Shown in pieces: positions 56,190 to 64,000 of a stretch of DNA of 64,000 nt; the first letter of the stretch is position 1; the number at the start of each line of letters is the position of its first letter. The DNA comes from Seison nebaliae (Eukaryota): NCBI GenBank assembly GCA_023231475.1, contig JALJEE010000149.1, forward strand, positions 1 to 64,000, read 5' to 3'. Position numbers and translations under genes: made by a program. The notes below the pieces were generated by a model. That model was not told the origin of the DNA. It searched no databases and saw only the letters and a list, made by a program, of their open reading frames with translations.

Positions 56190-59100
56190 ATGACGAATAC
56201 TCATGAATTGGGTAAATTGTCGTTCGGATTGCAAAGAGAACCGTTCTCTTCTTTACGAAATATTACAGCAATTAATGTCATTTGGCGTCGAGATCACTGG
56301 AATATCGTTACTGGCGATATTGATGGAAATGTGAGTGAATGGGAATTTGTTACATCGAAGGAACAATTGAAATTAGTTCGAATATACAAGAAATTTCATC
56401 GACATCCCATAAAACAAATTTGTTCGTTTGGTACATTCGATGCGAAAGAGAGAGACGCTTCAATTTATTCAAAATTTAATTCAATTGTATTACATGACAT
56501 TAATCTACATGCAAATACTTCATATGATGCAATTATTTATTCGTTGGATGAAAGTGGAATGGTTTGTTGTTGGATTACTCCACAAATTAATTATCAATTC
56601 TTCGATTTGAATTATCATCATTATGATTTGATGAGATGTTCCATCATCTCAATGAATGAAGTGAATGAAGGTGTTTTATTGTTAATGAATAAGAATATAA
56701 TTAAATTGTTGAATTTGTTCACTTTGGAGAAATTGAAAGAATTAAATTATAAAGAACTTATTGAAAATAGTCGAAATTTGTATTATCGGAAGAAAGTAAT
56801 GGAGAAAGAAAGTTCGTCTGATCATCAATTGTCTGATATTCCATATTTCATTTCATTCAACACTCTCCAAATGACGATTGATAATAAGAAATATTTCATT
56901 CTATTACTCGCCACTTCCGATTGTTTCCTCCATTTCATTCGATTCGATCAATTCGAAATTATTGATAGAAGATCGAAACAATTCGATTGGAACATCAAAT
57001 CGATAATTCTCCATTCGAATAAACAATATCTTCTCCTTCTCATCTTCAGGAAACATTGGCAAGTGATCGACATCAACACCTTCTCCATCATCACATCATC
57101 AAAAGATATGGAAGATGATGGTTTGGAATTAGATGACGAATTTTATGACGGAACTTTCATTGAATTGACTCAAATTGTCATCTATTCGAAAAAACAGGTT
57201 CTCATTTACCAGCTACCGGCAAAGTTTAGTTTATTTAATTTTTCAAATAATTTCTTTTATTCTTAATTTTCTTTGATCATACAAAAAAAAAAGAATGATA
57301 TTTCTTCATCAGTAAGTTTTTTTTACTTTTTTTCTTTTCATGTGACTGTAAATTAAGTGAAATTTATTTTTTCAAAAAACCTTTTTAAAAATATTTCTAA
57401 CTTAATTTTTATGATATAATTATATAGTTATATGAATACGAATTATGAACTTCAATGTGCAGTGTCGTCAACTTCTCACCAAGTGAAGGAATCGTTACCG
57501 TCATCATTAATAGGTAAATTGGAGACGAATGAGAAGAAGAATGTTAAACGAAATTTTAAATATGAAAATTTTTAAATTTAAATTTTATTAAGATTATCAA
57601 TCAATATTATCATTTCCATCAACGTAAACGAAGTGATGGTTACATTTCCATCATTTTTAATGTGTCAACGTCATTGTCGAATGGAGAAAGTGAAATAAGA
57701 TTTTGGATATTTCCGTTTAATCCGATTCCGAAAAATCGGTCACTGAATAATCAACGTGATTTAGTGAAACCAATTTGTTCGATCACAGCTCAAAATATTA
57801 TGAGAACGAGAGAAAATTCTTTGAAAATATTTGAGGAATTGATCAAATTCGAATCGATGTTATTTGTTAGTTGTCAATGGAAATTGGTAATTGGAATGAG
57901 AAATGGATCGATTCTCATTCTTCCAATTTTTCGATTATTGGAGAAATTAATGAAGAATAATTTGAAAAAAGATGAATTGAAATTGTTTCTGAATGAAAAT
58001 GGTCAGTGCATTAAAAATGCACATAATGGTGCAATATCAGTTTTATGTTATCCATATGATGAATATGTGTTAAATGATGAGAAAGTGGTCGACTCCACAA
58101 ACATGTTCGAAGGGAATGTGATGGAATATTATTTTGAGCAGATTTCCATCAAATCAAATTATCGTTCAAATATCGATCAAACATACATGAGTCGATTTCA
58201 TGCGAATCAATTGATTTCTGGTGGTAAGAGAGATTTCCTCATAAAAATTTGGGATATGAAAAAAGGTCATTTAGTTCGGAAGATTTCTGGTCATTTTGGA
58301 ATGATTTATTCCATGAATTTATTTCCTGCATTTGAAAACGGTATGATTTGTTCGGTGGATGATGGAAATATTATTTCGTTGATTGATATCAGTTTAAAAC
58401 GATCGCCATTATTTCTCAATTATGAATCGTCTTTGATGGAAATCACCGAACATTCTCAACATTTCCATATTCATCATCTCCATTATCATTTAACGAAATT
58501 ATTCATTTTCTACGCGAACGACCAAGACGAATATTTGAAAATTCTGATAATTGCAAATACAAATGATGGAATGATCGATCGGATTATTTTGAATAATCAG
58601 GAAATCAATTCAATTTATCGTTTCGTTTTATACAATTCATTGAAATCGAAAAAGGAAACAAATTTATTAGATGGCGATGTGGAGAATATTTTCAATTTAT
58701 TTCAATTAAATTTTCATTCATTTCTTCCAAACAATTCTCCCGTTTTTACCACCAACGAACGGAAACGAATTGATACATCCAAATTCTTCTTTCGACGAAA
58801 TAAAAAAGATGAGAATTTCTTGTGGATTCTCATTTTCCAATTTCAACATTTTCCTTCACTACTCAATCAAACTACTTTCTCACCAATTCAACAACCATCA
58901 GATATGGTGGAGGAGAATATTCAAAATTTCATCGATTATTCTTCTTTTATTAAATCATCACAAAATATGAATAAAATCATTCAATCAATCAATGAAATTG
59001 AATGGAGATTTGGAAAGGAATTAAAATTATTTTCAAAAGTTCTTTCTCAAATTCTTTTTCTTCCGTCGAATCTAGTCAATTATTTCGACGACGGAATATT

Positions 59101-60392
59101 TCAATTCTCTCCCAATTCATCCACCTCACATACTTTACTTCTCATTCATCGATTAATTTTTATAGAATCATTTCAAAACTCTCATATCACTTCTCGTCAT
59201 TGTGATGATGAGAAGATTGATGAAAATGAAAAATTTGTGGAAATTTTCTCTTCCGATTTATCGAAATCGAATTGGATTTTCAATTTGTTCTTTCCATCAT
59301 CCTCCAAATTAATCGATCGTTATGATTATGGAGAATTAATGAAGAAAATTCGAATGTCAACAGTTATCAATTATCGTCATTTGAAATTTCTTCCTCAATT
59401 TAAGATGGATGAAAATCATCCAACTTTCTGGAAAGATCTCCAAAAGTTCAATGAGAAAAATTTGAAATTTTCTTCGAATTCTCGTTCGATTCAATTGGAT
59501 AAATTTCGTATCAATCTTTTCAATCACTTCTTTCGAGAGGGCGAATATATTCTCAATTTGGATATTATCTCCTCAAACATCTTCCATTATGATCAATTGA
59601 TTCGATCGATTATTGATCAAATTCTCACCACACAAATTAGTCATTGGACAAGTGAAGATGAAAAGATTCTTTTGAAATTATTGGGGAGTTATGTTGGAAA
59701 GATGACATGTGAATGGAACGAAAATATTCCATCGGATTATAATCATCAATTCGAAATCACTGCATTGGTTATTTTGGGGCAAGTGATGTCCATTGATATT
59801 GATCAATTATTGGCGATCGATGATGATGATAAAAAATTCTCGATAAAATCCATTTGTCTTTATTTAATGGAAGTATTTATGGGAATCGTTTGGAAATGTC
59901 GAAAAGATTTAACAAATTCACAATTACGTTGCTCCGTCGTCCAATTATTAGTGGGATGTTGTGATAACGAGAAAATTTTCAATTTGATCGATATTCGTCA
60001 AGTCATTTTTTCTCTGATATGTTTGGCGGCGCCATTAAATGGTATGAATATTATGAACGAAATAGAATTATTCTCAGAGAAGACATTACAATTCCAACGA
60101 CATATTCTCACACAATTTAATTTCGATTATCGTTCGAAAAACTTTTATAATTCAAATGTGGTGGATCGTTTACAGAAGTTGAATAAATTGAAATTGGAAG
60201 ATTGGCCAACTCTCATCGACATGTTATTATTCAACGAAGAGAAATTGTCGATAGAGGAACGGAGAGAATGTTATTTTATAATTCAATTAATATTCGTCGC
60301 TTTTAATGGTATCAGTCATCTCTTCTTTAAACATACAAGATCTATCGTCACTTGTCTCATTTCACAATTGAAATACAAGTTCAAATTTTTTA

Positions 60393-60425
<33 letters not shown>

Positions 60426-61330
60426 ATTGTTCGAAGATTAAGATCGAAGAAAAATAATTCTAATCATTCTTTACCATCGATGGAATTTATTGAGAAGAAT
60501 CTTCAAAGAAATTTCCCTCATCACTTCTCATTCGATCAACGAGATTTTATTCATAACACATCTCTCTATCTCCGACAACAAATTCAATCGCTACATAATT
60601 ATTATTCTCTAATCTGTCAAATTGGACGGAGTGAATTAATTTGTCTGTTGAGACATATAATGAACATTCAACCGAAAGAAGTTGGCGATGTAGTTACTGA
60701 AGTTTCACATTTCCATTCTCATTTCTATCTTATATCAATTTAAAAGATTTGTGATATCATTTTATTTTGTATCGACGTTCGACAACTGAAACAATTAACA
60801 TTATCACAAGTCTTCCCACCAATCGCCAAGTTCTTTTGATATTTCAAAAAAAAATTATATAATTATAATTAATAATTAATTTCAGTTTTCCAATGATTTC
60901 TCATTGTATGACGTCCGGACAAATAGCGGTAGGATGTGTCAATGGAACTGTATCATTTTATGATGCCAATGGAAATAAATATCAGTTACCGACTGAAATC
61001 AAACATTCGATAAGTGCGTGTGCAATTTCGCCTGATGGCAAATGTATCGCCTTATATTCGGAACGTGAGAAATCGTTTCTTGTCTATCACGTTCTCTTCA
61101 TTTTCATTTAAGAATTCTTTTCAAATTCTTTTCAGATTTTAACAAGTATCTCATTGTTGGGAATGGGTGGCAATATCAATTTAAAGTTGTACAAACAAAT
61201 GGAATTACCACAACGGGAGAAAAAGAATATGAAGGAATCGATGATCGGACTAGTCCGTCTCTATTGGACATCGAATCGATGCGTCGCTTTATATTCATCA
61301 GATGCACCAGAATTGAAATTTCAAATTTAA
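56190..61330 (+). CDS. WDR7: WD repeat protein 7 / Rabconnectin-3 beta (divergent), multi-exon
   Basis: N-terminal NIVTGDIDGNVSEW; central AHNGAISVLCYP...QLISGGKRDFLIKIWDM...ICSVDDGN; C-terminal FPMISHC...QIAVGCVNGTVSFYD...ISACAISPDGKCIALYS...LVRLYWTSNRCVALYSSDAPELKFQI*, matching the WDR7 C-terminal propeller as I recall it. Donors at 57224, (57312), 57543, 60379, 60702, 60830, 61091. Confidence 0.85.
60393..60423. repeat. (TTA)n microsatellite inside a WDR7 intron
   Basis: tattattatt... lies between donor 60379 and acceptor ~60436. It explains the false poly-Leu at the end of ORF 57662-60457. Confidence 0.9.
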
Positions 61331-61447
61331 ATTCGAATTATCTTATTTCATAATTTTTCCATTTTATTCCGTTTCGAATCATTCTCTATTTATTCTCTCA
61401 ATATTGTCAATAGATAAATTTGTGTGGACGAGTGAAATTAATTTAGA

Positions 61448-62360
61448 ATGATCGAAACTTCAACTATTGAACATCGATTGAAATTATTAAAACAGAAAAG
61501 AGTTAATGAAATTTCTTATAATTTATTCATAATTAATTTTAAATCAATTTTTAGATTGAAGCATCGAAACAGAATCAAGCGGAAGTTATTAAAGAATTGA
61601 GTCTTCAAAAACGAAAGAAACATCATGCCAATAATAGTGAAGAGATGAATCCGAATGATATTTTGACGAGGAAAGATGAAGCAATGAAAGATTGGAAAAA
61701 AGAAGAAGAATTGTATGTAAAAGACGCTAACGTTAATGGAATGTCAGTTGTTGACGTGAAACAATTAGATAAGAGAGCCGACGAATTAGACAAAGAAGCG
61801 AATCGGCGTAAAAGGAAAGCCGGAAGTGGCTCCAAACCATTTTCATGTTATTTTCCTTTTCTTTACCTGTAAGAGATGTGAAGATATAAGAAATAGTATT
61901 GATTTGTTTAAACAATAATTCTCTTGGAGAAATGAATTCTCATCATTTATCATTTCATTCGATAATCGTAACACAAAAATGAAATTATTCTTTTTCTTCT
62001 CTAGCTTATGAAGATGCTACAGCAAGAAGTTATGTACGTCTTACTAAGAAACTCCATCCAGATCTGGCCGCTTATCAACAGCAGAAAAACGAATTGGGAG
62101 AGATGATGTATCGGAAGGCGAACGACCTTGGTCACGGAACACACCAGCCAACGGAAGCAGCGATCGATCGGATGGCCAATGATGTGCAAAAACAGGCAGA
62201 GAAACGGCAGACGTACACTCGAAGACGCCGTACCAATCCAGATGCTGACATCACATCCATCAATGAGAGGAATGACCGTTTCAATAAGAAACTGGAACAT
62301 ACATACAACAAATATACGAGTGAAATACGAGAGGCTCTCGAACGAGGCACGGCCATATAG
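61448..62360 (+). CDS. SYF2: Pre-mRNA splicing factor SYF2 (NTC component); introns 61502-61554 and 61847-62004
   Basis: RLKLLKQKR-IEASKQNQAEV; FSSYEDATARSYVRLTKKLHPDLAAY; IDRMANDV; RRRRTNPDADITSINERNDRFNKKLEHTYNKYTSEIREALERGTAI*. Confidence 0.93.
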
Positions 62361-63160
62361 AACCATCTCTTCACTCTCATTTTCAGTTTACCTTTCTCCT
62401 CCTATTGGAAGAAGTTTCTTGAAATCCGATCTCACAATATCGTACGTATGGTGCATTTAAAGTGCACGGATAGATGAGATAGTAGAGATGTATTCAATAA
62501 ACATCATCTCTCAATGATTATAATTAACAAATTCTTCTTTTTCATATTCTGTATTATATTATCATTCCTCTCCATCATTCACAATTCGACTCTTCACACA
62601 ATTGTAAAGGAGAGGATTTGACTTAAACGAAAGGAATTATATTAAAACATATTAATCAATTTCTCTTCAATCTTTGTACACATCTCTTTTAATTCATACA
62701 AATAAATTTCCGAGCATCATCTCAATGATGATAAAAATGATCTCTCTTGTGATGATATTGGAGAGAAGGCATTTCTTCTAGACGGAATAATTAAAATAAT
62801 TTATCGAACTCAAATATTTGAATGATATTCCCTTTAATTGAATAATCTTGTGGGAGGGAAGATTTGATATAAAACTCATAAGAATTGATGAATTATTTTA
62901 CGTAACAAATTCATCTCAACTGAATAGTTTGATTGACGGTTATTCGATGAACGTTGAAAGAATAGAAATTCGTTAAAATAATTAGAAGATAATGGAATTC
63001 GATTCATAGGGAATAATAATAATAATCTAACAGAATCATTAGATGAGTCATCACTCTCATCACTATGATGATCGTTAACAATAGAATAGTTTTTAGATTT
63101 GTTATTAGTAATTCTGAGTATGTACATATACTCATAAACGATATATAATATAATTCATCG

Positions 63161-63181
63161 ATATATATATATATATATATA
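63161..63181. repeat. (AT)n microsatellite
   Basis: Directly visible. Confidence 0.85.
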
Positions 63182-63426
63182 CATGAAAAGGAAAGAATAT
63201 CTTTTTCTTTCTTTTTACAAGAAAGAATTAAATAGAAACTTCTTATTCCTCTCAAGAATTTCTCCTCTAATTATCTGATTTTCATCTAAAACTCATTTTT
63301 CCTTTTCATTCTCTTTTCGCTCTAATTCAACTTGAATTGTTTCATAATAGAAAATTCATCATATTTCCATCCAACAACAACAAGAACAAGATAAATAAAA
63401 TAAATATCATCTCGAATTACCAGAAA

Positions 63427-64000
63427 ATGTCGTCGCCTCGTGAGACACGAAGGAATTTACGTCAGATAAGACGACAACCGAAAATGAGACATCAAACTAC
63501 ATATCTCCCAACTGTATCGTCCAAATTCAAATTCGGACAAATGAGTGTTGGGAATGATGAAGCATTTCCTGATCTTCATGCCCATTTACATCCACTCGTC
63601 ATCATTGATGAAAAATTAAAGAAAAGTTTTCATGGAAATTCTTTAGAATCATCATCATCGTCATCAATTCGTGAAGAGAATGAGGACCAGAATGCTTATG
63701 AGACACCTGAATCACTGGGATCGGACAGTCCAATCTCTTTAACTAAAACTGAAAATTTATTTCCATTATCACGTCCCAGCAGATCCGCTCTTCGATATAG
63801 AACGCAACCGGTGTCGTTGATCGAAATCGAGGAAGTGAAAGAAGATGATGAATTGATCACTCCAACTCCAACTGATACTCGAATGAACATCTATCCTAAC
63901 ATCAACATCCCCAACAGTCGAACAATAAGAGAATTGAAAGAAGATGATGAAATGACAGAAGAGAAACGTTTCGGCAATTTGGCGAGAACCAGTATCGAAC
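63427..64000 (+). CDS. 5' part of a C11orf96/DUF4695-like protein (open to the window end)
   Basis: Stop-free frame from ATG 63427 to 64000 (absent from the ORF track because it has no stop). Contains RPSRSALRYRTQPVSLIEIEEVKEDDE, resembling the C11orf96 motif RFKTQPVTFDEIQEVEEE as I recall it. Confidence 0.55.
   Translation, partial: MSSPRETRRNLRQIRRQPKMRHQTTYLPTVSSKFKFGQMSVGNDEAFPDLHAHLHPLVIIDEKLKKSFHGNSLESSSSSSIREENEDQNAYETPESLGSDSPISLTKTENLFPLSRPSRSALRYRTQPVSLIEIEEVKEDDELITPTPTDTRMNIYPNINIPNSRTIRELKEDDEMTEEKRFGNLARTSIE

Noticed and set aside
61847..62004. Possible poison or micro-exon inside the long second SYF2 intron
   Set aside because: Candidate AG/GT pairs exist, but nothing distinguishes them from chance, and the conserved FSxYxxAT motif needs no insertion.
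1..64000. Alternative genetic code or stop-codon readthrough as the cause of fragmented ORFs
   Set aside because: Every break in the conserved genes is explained by a short AT-rich GT/GC-AG intron, and multi-kb exons are stop-free in the standard code.
1..64000. CRISPR arrays, prokaryotic defence systems, transposases, tRNA or rRNA genes
   Set aside because: I saw no repeat-spacer arrays, terminal inverted repeats, RT or transposase motifs, or structured RNA signatures.

Overview
AT-rich, gene-dense DNA from an invertebrate animal with a compact genome. It is not prokaryotic: I saw no CRISPR array, rRNA, tRNA or recognisable transposon. Protocadherin, CPE synthase and a Hog-domain gene together suggest a non-ecdysozoan invertebrate, probably a spiralian (inference only). 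By splicing ORF fragments by hand I rebuilt MRPS35 (+), an intronless ceramide phosphoethanolamine synthase (+), a ~2,290-aa protocadherin (-), a complete 35-exon LRP2/megalin (-), a synaptotagmin-like TM-C2-C2 gene (-), NEMP/TMEM194 (+), a secreted Hint/Hog-domain gene with a non-Hedgehog N-terminus (-), WDR7 (+), SYF2 (+) and the 5' part of a C11orf96-like gene (+), plus two weak unknown gene models. A ~13-kb gene-free stretch lies upstream of the protocadherin. Two observations stand out. (1) The splicing code is unusual: introns are mostly 40-70 nt, nearly all donors read GTT (30 of 34 LRP2 donors have T at +3) with little constraint at +4 to +6, and many acceptors are AAG, some after A-runs instead of pyrimidine tracts. 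(2) A hedgehog-related autoprocessing precursor is predicted to release a ~100-aa, 8-Cys, possibly sterol-modified ligand that I do not recognise. All exon boundaries come from reading-frame and domain continuity, not transcript data.
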